Positions 6,946 to 16,177 of a DNA stretch of 64,000 nucleotides are shown one piece after another. Source of the stretch: an uncultured virus (IMG/VR IMGVR_UViG_3300037488_001694) (Duplodnaviria; Heunggongvirae; Uroviricota; Caudoviricetes); the IMG/VR virus record IMGVR_UViG_3300037488_001694; one strand, given 5' to 3'. Position numbers and translations under genes: made by a program. Under the pieces are notes generated by a model. That model made no database searches. It was not told where the DNA came from and was given only the letters and a program-made list of their open reading frames with translations. Position 1 is the stretch's first letter. Every line of letters begins with the position of its first letter.

Positions 6946-8378
6946 AATTAACTTATCCATTATCAAGTAAGGGAACCAAAACATCTAGTTATGGATATAG
7001 AACACACCCAATAAAAGGAACTCAAGGTCATCATAATGGTGTTGATATTGGAGTTCCTGATGGTACTGATGTTTTTTCAGTTGCTGATGGTGAGGTTGTT
7101 AGATCCGATATGAAGGATCGTAAAGGTTATGGTAATTTTATAATCGTTAAACATAGTGAAGAAGGTGAAACATTTTACTCGGCTTATGCCCATTTAACCA
7201 AAAGGTTGGTTGATGTTGGGGATAAGGTTAATCAGGGGGATAAAATTGCCGAATCTGGTGGAGGTCAAGGACTTGACAATGGTGGTGGTTCATCCACAGG
7301 TCCACACTTACATTTTGAAATTAGAAAATCTGAAAATGGTGATTGGGTTAATCCTGAACCATATATTAGCGGAGCGGAAATAGTTAATGGGGATTTCAAT
7401 AAAAAAGATGAAACGTTACTTTTAAATAAATTAGTTGTTACGTATAATTTATCTGGTAGATCTAAAACTATTGTTGATACAGCAATATCATATTTAAAGA
7501 ACAAAGGAATTACAAATCCATATGCAATCATTGTGATATGTACGATACTATTGGAGAAATACGATATCATAAATGAGGAATCAACAAGTGAAAAGTTATT
7601 GGGCCCTAATTCTGTTACCATACCCTCCGATGGGGCTCATGCGGGACAGAGTGGGTGGCAAAGTGCAAACGCTTGGGATTTCAAAGCACCAATAGGAAGT
7701 CCTGTTTTTGCGGTCAATTCAGGTAAGTTAATAACTTGGTCTGATTATGGTCAGAGCGTTAAGAAAAGAGGTGGTAAAAAACTATATGGTGAAAGTTTTA
7801 CTGTCAAAACTGATAATGATCTACCAAGTGTTTATTATACTCACTTAAAAGATACCAAAGTTAGAAAAGGTGACCAGGTTGAATGTGGACAATTATTAGG
7901 GTATGTAATGGATTTCCCTAATAGTGATTATGATCACGTTCATATTGGTATTGAAAGTGGAAATATTAGACAATTTGTTAATAGTGATGGTACATTAAAA
8001 TGTAAATCATCCGGATCTCAGAAAATAGATCAAAATATTTTAACTTTAATAAAATCAGATATAGATCTACTTACCAAAGATAAAGATATTATAAATGACT
8101 TTAAATCATTGGATGGGGCAATCGAATACTATTCAAATGTTGAATTATCTGATGGGACAAAAATATCTAAAGAAAAATTAAAATCAGGATCCTCAAAGTT
8201 TGATGTTAAAATGGAATCAAAACAATCTGAAATAAAAGATATTGAAGGTTTTCTTAAAGCGTTATTAAAGATTCCTGAACTTGGTGCCAAGATTAGAAAA
8301 GAAAGAGGATTAGATGAAAACATTCAATTAACGGAAGAAATTAATAGAATGAAAGATTTAATTAAAAAAATACTATAA
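6942..8378 (+). CDS. tandem M23 peptidase-domain protein
   Basis: HNGVD...YAHL...STGPHLHFE and a second domain with AWDF...YTHL...DHVHIG. Confidence 0.85.
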   Translation: MKLTYPLSSKGTKTSSYGYRTHPIKGTQGHHNGVDIGVPDGTDVFSVADGEVVRSDMKDRKGYGNFIIVKHSEEGETFYSAYAHLTKRLVDVGDKVNQGDKIAESGGGQGLDNGGGSSTGPHLHFEIRKSENGDWVNPEPYISGAEIVNGDFNKKDETLLLNKLVVTYNLSGRSKTIVDTAISYLKNKGITNPYAIIVICTILLEKYDIINEESTSEKLLGPNSVTIPSDGAHAGQSGWQSANAWDFKAPIGSPVFAVNSGKLITWSDYGQSVKKRGGKKLYGESFTVKTDNDLPSVYYTHLKDTKVRKGDQVECGQLLGYVMDFPNSDYDHVHIGIESGNIRQFVNSDGTLKCKSSGSQKIDQNILTLIKSDIDLLTKDKDIINDFKSLDGAIEYYSNVELSDGTKISKEKLKSGSSKFDVKMESKQSEIKDIEGFLKALLKIPELGAKIRKERGLDENIQLTEEINRMKDLIKKIL

Positions 8379-8463
8379 CTTTCTTGTTTTATTGACATAT
8401 TTATATTATCTTTGTGTCATAATTAAACAGTTCATTAATTTATTAACCCTTAAAACTCTTATT

Positions 8464-8616
8464 ATGAGTGAAACAATTGTGATTGACAATGTCATATTTT
8501 CTTATATTGGATCCGATGGTAAAAGATATTATACTCCAAGTGCTGAGTTTGCTACGGCACAAGCGAGAAAATACGGTACCGAAGATATTTTTATAGAAAA
8601 ATACGAAAAAATTTAA
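8464..8616 (+). CDS. small hypothetical protein (50 aa)
   Basis: ATG 8464 downstream of a TATCTTTG promoter. Confidence 0.55.
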   Translation: MSETIVIDNVIFSYIGSDGKRYYTPSAEFATAQARKYGTEDIFIEKYEKI

Positions 8617-8647
8617 CAAAGTACTTGACAGATTGAAATAAATTACT

Positions 8648-8694
8648 TAACTTTGTAAAACAAATCAGGAAAAGTCCTGAAACGTTCTTTGAAA
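8648..8694 (+). promoter_or_regulatory. promoter with rrn-like boxB/boxA leader
   Basis: TAACTTTG (8648-8655), hairpin TCAGGA-AAAG-TCCTGA (8665-8680), GTTCTTTGAAA (8684-8694). Confidence 0.6.
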
Positions 8695-8696
8695 AA

Positions 8697-9562
8697 ATTA
8701 GATTATCCGTTCAGGAGTAAGTAATGAAACTGATAAAGATATTGGGCCGTGTATAGTCCATGAAATAAACTACGAAAGTAGGATAAAGTGAATCGGAAGT
8801 GTAACCGATTTGCGGTTTGAAAACCCGAAAGGGAATTCGAACTTGAGTACACAAGCGGGATACCGTTTAATCTTGAGTACCGAGGGCAACGCTGTAGGGA
8901 AACTGGTTAAGTGATTTGGCGATGTGGGTCGTCAAATTGAGATGGGAACATCAATAGGAATAACTCGTAGGGATATTGCAAAAAATGAAGTTATCCAATT
9001 TCATTATTGCGTGTTCCAATATAAGAGAGTACTTAAAACCGAAAGGTATGTTAATGTACGGGTGGTGCCGTTATTAACCTTGATAAACTTCTACCAAGGG
9101 GTTAATCTCGAAGTAATCTTAAAATATGGAAATGGGGACATTTCAAGGAGTAGTTGAGTATTCCGTTGTTCAAAAGATAACGGATCCCGCGACGGACCAC
9201 TACTTCTACAATCCACGACACAAAACTTTATTTTACATTGAAGAGTAAAATCATAGATATGACTTAAAGCAAAAGTGTTCGTCAGGTAACAGTGAAAGGT
9301 GACTACATAGTAATGAGCCGTTCATTGCATCGTTTAGACCGCAAGTTTAACGATATTCTTACCAAACACCTCTAGTCCCGCAAGGACAAACTGGGAAGGC
9401 ATTCTCGGAGAGAGTCGAGTAATAAGAGAGTAACTGTTATCTTAAGAAGTGATTGGTCTAACCAATCGTCACTGAGAAATACCATTCAAAAGATGGTGGA
9501 TAAGTAGGGAAACAATAATACTACTAAAGGTTCTCACAGAAAACTGTAATCTCAGGTTTTTA
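8697..9562 (+). ncRNA. large structured ncRNA, GOLLD-like candidate
   Basis: ~870 nt with no credible ORF, GC above the flanks, many hairpins with GAAA/GCAA loops; size and phage/tRNA context fit GOLLD; family not confirmed, ends approximate. Confidence 0.65.
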
Positions 9563-9643
9563 TTTTTTAGGTAAACTTATTAAGTTAAAAAAATTAATTA
9601 GGGACAATGTAAATTGATCCCTTTTTTTGTTTATATTTGTATC

Positions 9644-10078
9644 ATGAAAAAATCTGTAAACATAATCAACAAGAAGGCTAAATTTGAATATGAATTTATT
9701 CAGGTAGAGATTGCCGGTATAAAACTTTCAGGATCAGAAGTGAAAGCGATCCGAATGGGTAAAGCATCCATCTCTGAAGGGTATTGTTATTTTAACAATG
9801 GAGAGTTATATATCAAAGGTATGAACATAACTGACTATGGATATGGATCAACACATGAAACAATAAGAGATCGTAAACTCTTACTTAAGAATAGAGAATT
9901 ACGTAATTTGGAAAATCAGTTAATAAATGGTTTAACAATTATTCCTTATCGTTTATTCCTTAATGATAGGGATCTTATCAAAATTGAGATCGCTCTGGCT
10001 CGTGGTAAGAAACTTTACGATAAACGACAATCGATCAAATTAAGAGATATTGATCGTGATATTAAAAGAGGTAATTAA
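9644..10078 (+). CDS. smpB: SsrA-binding protein SmpB
   Basis: NKKAKFEY...AGIKLSGSEVKAIR...RKLLL...LARGKKLYDKR. Confidence 0.95.
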   Translation: MKKSVNIINKKAKFEYEFIQVEIAGIKLSGSEVKAIRMGKASISEGYCYFNNGELYIKGMNITDYGYGSTHETIRDRKLLLKNRELRNLENQLINGLTIIPYRLFLNDRDLIKIEIALARGKKLYDKRQSIKLRDIDRDIKRGN

Positions 10079-10091
10079 TACCTCTTTTTTT
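10064..10091 (+). terminator. smpB terminator
   Basis: AAAAGAGGTA-ATTAA-TACCTCTTTT followed by a T tract. Confidence 0.7.
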
Positions 10092-10142
10092 GTGCACTAA
10101 AATATAATAATCATACAACATTAATCTATAATTTTACCGCAT

Positions 10143-10170
10143 AAAAAAACCCCATCGTTAGATGAGGTTT
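10143..10170 (-). terminator. tmRNA terminator
   Basis: Minus strand AAACCTCATC-TAAC-GATGGGGTTT followed by a T tract. Confidence 0.7.
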
Positions 10171-10173
10171 AAT

Positions 10174-10571
10174 TGGTGGAGGTAGAGGGATTCGAACCCT
10201 CGTGTTGTCCATCTTGACTACTAAGGACTACACGCTTAGGACAACATTTGATCTAATGTTCCGAAATCTCACAATTCCCTTATTTTTAAAGTGGTTCGTT
10301 TTACTGAGAACTAATCCTCCACTTATTCCTTTTACGATAGAAACCACATCTTTGTAAGGACTTCTGTTCCTAGGTTGTATGTCCACCGACCCGATTGGTG
10401 TTTCCTAACTGTTAGGCTACTACCGCAGCGTCTTCACGGATAAGACCGATTGCCGCCATTTTGTCTAGAACGTTTCCGTCTAATTGTTGACTCCATAGAT
10501 TAAAGTGATAGGAACCCTCTCACTGCGTGCCCCGAATAACCAACTATGTCAGTCGATTCCAAGTTACCCCC
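10174..10571 (-). ncRNA. ssrA: tmRNA
   Basis: 5' GGGGGTA pairs with TACCTCC-A-CCA 3' (G3:U pair); GGAATCGAC 5' motif; T arm GAGGG-TTCGAAT-CCCTC; internal tag ORF 10477-10412; adjacent to smpB. Confidence 0.95.
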
Positions 10572-10650
10572 ATATGTTAAAGAACTAATTTATAAATACA
10601 AAGATAATACAAAAAAACAATATTCCAAGCATTTAGGATATTTATTTTAT

Positions 10651-12045
10651 ATGAATTACGGGAAATATAATCCATACGAATCTGGTGACGTAGAAATTGT
10701 TAGTGAAGACGAAAATTTAAAGATAGTAAAGGTATTATCTAAAGATGCCGCATTTTATTTTGGTGGGGATTTATATAGTCAAAATTGGGATGATAATTTC
10801 AGAGATGGTGATTTGTATTTTTTAATTAGTTCTGATCCTGACGTTCAAGTATTCTCTATACATAATAGAGACAATCAGGATGCAAGTGTTGTAAGATATG
10901 GATATGATAAAAATGGATTTACAAATACCGATGATCTAAAAAAATACTTCCCTAAATCAATTAAAGTTTTAAACCCAATAATAAGATTTGGTAAAACATA
11001 TGAATTCTTAAAAAGTGTTTATAATGGGTATGAACCAAGATGGAGTGAAGATGGTGGTGATAAGATCATAAGTGAAATCAAATTTAATCGTAGTAACCCA
11101 AATAATTCAATTGTTGTTATTGAGTTTAATGATGATGAAGATTTTTTAAATATTTTTGATCTTGACAGTGATGATATGTATGAATGGAGATATTATATGT
11201 CTGACTATTCAAATGTTGATTACGATACTTATAGATATACGGAAGATTGGGACGAAGGTGATTTTTTCCAGTATGCGTTTAATGATCAGAATAAAGAAAA
11301 ATTGATTAATATCGTTAGAACATTTTTTCCTTCTACTGACATTACTGACACAAAAAAAATATCAAAATTGGCAAATGAAATTGACTCCGATTTCGTTGAT
11401 AGGGTTGTGGATGAATATGCGTCAGAATGGGAAAACTGTATATACAATAATGCAAGGGATGAAATAAGATCTGAACTTGATAATCCATTTGTTAAATTTG
11501 GGATTAAACAAAAGTCATTAGCATATAAATATGAGTCAACCGTAGGGGTCCTTTTAACGTGGTATAAACAACTAAAATCTGAAGACGTTGATCTTGGTGG
11601 TCTATTAAAAGAATTGATAGATAAATTTGATAAAAGCTATAGAGGTAATTGGGGTGAACTAAGATATAATGGTGATTGTCCTGAATGGGATAATGAGGGG
11701 TATGAAGCTTATCAAACTTATGTTTCCGATAGGTTAGATAAAATTATTGAGAAATACGAAGAAGATGAAAGATTTGTTAATTATAATGAATTCATAGAAT
11801 TACAACAAAAGATTGATCAAGAATATGGGTTTGGTAAGTGGATACCAGTTAAAACAGATGAGAACACATATTTCAAAATAGATAAAATTGATCCTGAAAC
11901 AAATAAGATTATCATTACCCTTAGAAATAATACAAGTGATGACCGTGAACAAAAAAGATCTGTAGATTTTGAAGATCTAAAAAGAATTGAAACCCAATAC
12001 GAATTATTTGAACAAATCAAAAGAATAGTTGGTATATTGAAATAA
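10651..12045 (+). CDS. hypothetical acidic protein
   Basis: Start moved to ATG 10651 (TATTTAT at 10639; the upstream ATG overlaps the tmRNA). Confidence 0.75.
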   Translation: MNYGKYNPYESGDVEIVSEDENLKIVKVLSKDAAFYFGGDLYSQNWDDNFRDGDLYFLISSDPDVQVFSIHNRDNQDASVVRYGYDKNGFTNTDDLKKYFPKSIKVLNPIIRFGKTYEFLKSVYNGYEPRWSEDGGDKIISEIKFNRSNPNNSIVVIEFNDDEDFLNIFDLDSDDMYEWRYYMSDYSNVDYDTYRYTEDWDEGDFFQYAFNDQNKEKLINIVRTFFPSTDITDTKKISKLANEIDSDFVDRVVDEYASEWENCIYNNARDEIRSELDNPFVKFGIKQKSLAYKYESTVGVLLTWYKQLKSEDVDLGGLLKELIDKFDKSYRGNWGELRYNGDCPEWDNEGYEAYQTYVSDRLDKIIEKYEEDERFVNYNEFIELQQKIDQEYGFGKWIPVKTDENTYFKIDKIDPETNKIIITLRNNTSDDREQKRSVDFEDLKRIETQYELFEQIKRIVGILK

Positions 12046-12063
12046 TTTCCGTACATTTGTGCT

Positions 12064-12849
12064 ATGGAAAGAAACTATGAATTACTAAAAGAAGTATTGT
12101 CCGTACCAACAAAGACATATAAAGAGGATTTGATGATCCAATTTATTGCTGATTGGTTAACCGAAAACAATATTCCATTTTATGTTGATGAGATGTATAA
12201 CATCTACGCAACGAAACAAACCGATGAAGATATTGAATACTTCCCGTGTGTAATTGCTCACACTGATACGGTACATACGATTGACACAATTAATGTTGTT
12301 GAGGAAATGTTACCTAACGCTCAGGGAGAGATCAAATTATCTCTTAAAGCCTATAACGATGAGGGAAACCCAACTGGTATCGGTGGTGATGATAAATGTG
12401 GTGTGTACGGTTGTTTGGAATTGTTAAAAGAATTACCAAACCTGAAGGCATCATTTTTTGTATCTGAAGAGGTAGGTTGTATTGGATCAAGAAAGGCCGA
12501 TCCTGAGTTTTTTAAGAATGTAGGGTATGGTATCCAATTTGATGCCCCTGAGAACAATATGATTTCAGAGTTCCTTATGAATAGACAAATGTTTGATCGT
12601 GATAGTGAATTCTTTAGAGTTGGTGGTGAGTTAATTACAGAACACTTTCCATCAGATACAAAGTATCACAAACATCCATACACCGACATTTACATGGTTA
12701 ATCAATTATTTGATATCCCGTGTTTTAATATATCAATAGGGTATTATCGTTACCACACCGCAAATGAATACGTTGTGGTTGAGGATACATATAATGGAAT
12801 TAAGGTTGGTAAACTAATGATAGAGGGTCTTGGTTATACTAAACATTAA
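12064..12849 (+). CDS. Zn-dependent peptidase (M20/M28 clan)
   Basis: AHTDTVH, GGDDKCG, EEVGCIGS, YH metal-binding motifs. Confidence 0.8.
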   Translation: MERNYELLKEVLSVPTKTYKEDLMIQFIADWLTENNIPFYVDEMYNIYATKQTDEDIEYFPCVIAHTDTVHTIDTINVVEEMLPNAQGEIKLSLKAYNDEGNPTGIGGDDKCGVYGCLELLKELPNLKASFFVSEEVGCIGSRKADPEFFKNVGYGIQFDAPENNMISEFLMNRQMFDRDSEFFRVGGELITEHFPSDTKYHKHPYTDIYMVNQLFDIPCFNISIGYYRYHTANEYVVVEDTYNGIKVGKLMIEGLGYTKH

Positions 12850-12872
12850 TGTTTAATTTTCTATTTGTTTTT

Positions 12873-12934
12873 AGGGGGGTTTTTAATCCCCCTTTTTTAT
12901 TGGGCATAAAAAAAGGAAGATTTCTCTTCCTTTT
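12873..12934. terminator. back-to-back terminators between convergent genes
   Basis: AGGGGG/CCCCCT stem plus T tract on +; AAAAGGAAGA/TCTTCCTTTT stem serving the - strand. Confidence 0.7.
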
Positions 12935-12938
12935 AATT

Positions 12939-15002
12939 TTAGATTGAGGGTTGATCCTCTTTCTTCTTTCTACCACGTTTCTTTGGTTCTTGAACTGTAC
13001 GAGATTCAATTACTATCTCCTCACCGTCTTTTACTAATAACATATAATCAGTTCCCTCAACAACCTCATTAAGAAGTATTTTTTCTGAGATTAGATCCTC
13101 AACTTTATCTTGGATTGCTCTCTTTAATGGACGAGCCCCAAACGTTTCATCAAACCCAACTTTAGAGATCAAGTCAATAACCGTTGGTTCGTAAGTAAAG
13201 TTGTATTTCATTTTGGTTAATCGTTTCATTAAACGATCAATCTCTAACTTAACGATTTTATCAATGTTTTCTTTCTTCAAAGAATTGAAGATAATAACAT
13301 CGTCAATACGATTAAGGAATTCAGGTGCGAAAAACTTACCTAATTCTTTTTTGAGGATATCTCGTTTGTGCTCTTCTTTAACGATATCACTATTGGTTTT
13401 GAACCCAACACCAGCTCCGAAGTCCTGTAGTTTTTTAACCCCAATATTAGATGTCATAATGATTAGACAATTTTTGAAGTTAATTTTTCTACCTAAACCA
13501 TCAGTTAAGTGACCATCGTCCAACATCTGTAATAGTGTTGAGAAGATGTCTTTGTTTGCTTTCTCAATCTCATCAAACAAGATAACAGAGTAAGGTTTGT
13601 TTTTCACTTGTTCGGTAAGTTGTCCACCTTCTTCGTGACCTACATATCCTGGAGGAGAACCAATCAATCTTGAGATTGTATGTTTCTCTTGGTATTCAGA
13701 CATATCCACACGGATTAAGTTTTCTTCGTTACCAAAGATTTCTTTTGCCAATTGTTTAGCCAAGAATGTTTTACCAACACCTGTTGATCCTAAGAAAATA
13801 AACGATCCGATTGGACGATTTGGGTCCTTAATACCAACACGATTTCTACGAATAGATTTGGAGATTTTCATAACCGCTTCTTCCTGACCAATTACTGTGG
13901 AAGATAATGATGACTCCAAATTAACCAAAGTGTTCTTCTCATCCAAGTTTAATTTGGATACAGGAATTTTGGTCATGTTTGAAACTACCTCATAAATCAA
14001 TTCTTCAGGGATACCTCGTTTACTAACTCTAAGGTGTTCTTCAAATTTCTTCTTCTCCAACTCAAGGTTAGCCAATACGGTACGTTCTTTATCACGTAAC
14101 TCAGCCGCTTGTTCGTAATTTTGTTTTTTAATTACCTCAAGTTTTTCTTTCTTAATATCTTGAGCCTCAAGTTTAAGTTTTTCAATTACTTCAGGTAATT
14201 TGATGTCAATTTGCATTCTCGCACCAACCTCATCCAAAATATCAAATGCTTTGTCAGGGAATTCACGATCCGTAATGTAACGATCTGCCAATTCAACACA
14301 AACCAAAAGTGCCTCATCACTATAATTAACTTTATGGTGTTCCTCATACTTAGATTTACTTTGTTTAAGGATTTCAAAAGTTTCCTCTTTGGTTGAAGGA
14401 TCCACAACTACTTTTTGGAAACGTCTCTCTAATGCCCCATCTTTTTCAAAATGTCTTCGGTATTCATCCAAAGTTGTTGCTCCAACACATTGAATTTCTC
14501 CACGAGATAATGCTGGTTTGAAGATATTGGACGCATCTAAAGATCCTGAACTATTACCAGCACCAACCATTGTGTGAATCTCATCAATAAAGATAACAAT
14601 GTTTGGGTTTGATTGTAACTCCTCAATAATAACCTTCATACGCTCTTCAAATTGACCACGATATTTGGTACCTGCAACAATTGAATTAATATCCAAAGAT
14701 ACAATTCGTTTATCAACCAAATTTTTAGGACAATCTCCGTTGTAGATCATCATTGCTAATCCCTCAACAATAGCTGTTTTACCAGCTCCTGGTTCACCGA
14801 TAATAATAGGGTTGTTCTTTTTACGTCTTGATAAAACTTGAGCAATTCGTAGGATTTCTTTCTCACGACCAATAACGGGATCTAACTTCCCTTCTTCTGC
14901 CATTTTAATTAAATCCTTACTAAAGTTATCCAAAACCGGAGTTCCCCCACTACTTTCTGGTTTCTTTTTTCCTTTTTCGTTTTCGTCTTGAAATTCAATC
15001 AT
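12939..15002 (-). CDS. clpC: ClpC-type AAA+ unfoldase lacking the N-terminal repeat domain
   Basis: Two Walker A motifs ([16 protein letters not shown]), UVR-like [11 protein letters not shown], ClpP-docking VGF loop, FGARPLKR. Confidence 0.9.
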   Translation of the reverse strand: MIEFQDENEKGKKKPESSGGTPVLDNFSKDLIKMAEEGKLDPVIGREKEILRIAQVLSRRKKNNPIIIGEPGAGKTAIVEGLAMMIYNGDCPKNLVDKRIVSLDINSIVAGTKYRGQFEERMKVIIEELQSNPNIVIFIDEIHTMVGAGNSSGSLDASNIFKPALSRGEIQCVGATTLDEYRRHFEKDGALERRFQKVVVDPSTKEETFEILKQSKSKYEEHHKVNYSDEALLVCVELADRYITDREFPDKAFDILDEVGARMQIDIKLPEVIEKLKLEAQDIKKEKLEVIKKQNYEQAAELRDKERTVLANLELEKKKFEEHLRVSKRGIPEELIYEVVSNMTKIPVSKLNLDEKNTLVNLESSLSSTVIGQEEAVMKISKSIRRNRVGIKDPNRPIGSFIFLGSTGVGKTFLAKQLAKEIFGNEENLIRVDMSEYQEKHTISRLIGSPPGYVGHEEGGQLTEQVKNKPYSVILFDEIEKANKDIFSTLLQMLDDGHLTDGLGRKINFKNCLIIMTSNIGVKKLQDFGAGVGFKTNSDIVKEEHKRDILKKELGKFFAPEFLNRIDDVIIFNSLKKENIDKIVKLEIDRLMKRLTKMKYNFTYEPTVIDLISKVGFDETFGARPLKRAIQDKVEDLISEKILLNEVVEGTDYMLLVKDGEEIVIESRTVQEPKKRGRKKKEDQPSI

Positions 15003-15096
15003 ATGTTATATTTTTTTGTAAAGGTAGTATTTTTTTTTAATAAAGTATATAACCTGTATTTTTATTTTTTTGAAAATATATTTAAAAGAAAAGATT

Positions 15097-15342
15097 ATGG
15101 GAATTATTAAAGAAGAAATCAGAGGGACAAAAATCTTAAATGAGATTGAGTCAACTAATATCGTAAGAACAGAATACGATACCGCAACTAAGAAAATGAT
15201 TGTTGAGTTTAAACATGGGTTGAAGTATGAATATGATGATGTACCTCACCTTACATATACTCAATTTAGATCGGCAAAATCTCAGGGTAGTTTTTTCAGT
15301 AAAGAAATATCAAAGACGTTTAAATTTACAAAATTGACGTAA
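15097..15342 (+). CDS. KTSC domain protein
   Basis: STNI...YD...MIVEFKHG..YEYDDVP...AKSQGSFF pattern. Confidence 0.8.
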   Translation: MGIIKEEIRGTKILNEIESTNIVRTEYDTATKKMIVEFKHGLKYEYDDVPHLTYTQFRSAKSQGSFFSKEISKTFKFTKLT

Positions 15343-15368
15343 TTTGAAAACCATTGTATTTATAGGTA

Positions 15369-16103
15369 ATGGATAATAATGAAATTTTAAAAAGTTTTGA
15401 ACCAAAGAAAGAGTTAAATCCTAAAGTATGGGATTTAAGTGGTGGTGTTGCAACTATGAAACCTGAAGTTAGAGAAAGGTTATTGGAGATTGCATATGAG
15501 TTTATAGATTTTTTAGATATTGATATTGTTGTTACTGATATAATATTAACAGGATCATTATCTAATTACAATTGGTCAAAATATTCTGATTTTGATTTAC
15601 ACATTGTTGCTAATTTCTCACAGTATCCTGAAAACCAAATAGAACTATATGAGAAGTTATTTAATTTGAAAAAAATAATTTTTAACAAAAATCACGACAT
15701 TACTATCTTTGGGTATGAAGTTGAGTTATACGTACAAAATGAAGTTGAAACTCATTTTAGTAGTGGGGTATATTCGGTACTTTTTGATGAATGGTCTAAT
15801 GAACCTGAAAAAGAAGAATTTGTTGTTGATAAGGATCTATTAAAAGAAAAGTCCAGACAATGGATGAATATAATTGACGGTGTTATTGAAAATATTGAAG
15901 ATGAGGATTTGGACACCGCGAAAGAATTGGTTGATAAGTATAAGAAAAAACTTAAGAAGTATAGAACCTGTGGTTTAGAAAAAGATGGGGAATATTCAAC
16001 CGAAAATTTAGTGTTTAAGATTTTAAGACGTAATGGGTATATTGAAAAATTACATAACCTATCTACAGAAATATTAGATAAAAACCTTTCAATGAAGCAA
16101 TAA
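15369..16103 (+). CDS. nucleotidyltransferase (Pol beta superfamily)
   Basis: LTGSLSNYNWSKYSDFDLH (GS...DxD) with a probable third carboxylate in VELY. Confidence 0.75.
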   Translation: MDNNEILKSFEPKKELNPKVWDLSGGVATMKPEVRERLLEIAYEFIDFLDIDIVVTDIILTGSLSNYNWSKYSDFDLHIVANFSQYPENQIELYEKLFNLKKIIFNKNHDITIFGYEVELYVQNEVETHFSSGVYSVLFDEWSNEPEKEEFVVDKDLLKEKSRQWMNIIDGVIENIEDEDLDTAKELVDKYKKKLKKYRTCGLEKDGEYSTENLVFKILRRNGYIEKLHNLSTEILDKNLSMKQ

Positions 16104-16177
16104 TTTAATAAAACAATAAATAAACATAAGTATTAATATATTTATAATTAAAATAATATTTTTAAAAAAACAAAAAA

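Noticed and set aside
8924..9157. 77-aa ORF inside the large non-coding region
   Set aside because: GTG start inside a hairpin, atypical codon usage, embedded in dense RNA structure
8665..9560. RNase P RNA or rRNA identity for the giant RNA (GGAAAAGTCC near the 5' end, ACAGAA near the 3' end)
   Set aside because: About twice the length of bacterial RNase P RNA, wrong motif spacing, the 5' motif sits in a local hairpin, and no universal rRNA signatures were seen; a cmscan would settle it
10546..10650. N-terminal extension of the 499-aa ORF
   Set aside because: Overlaps the tmRNA 5' end and its promoter; ATG 10651 follows a TATTTAT motif
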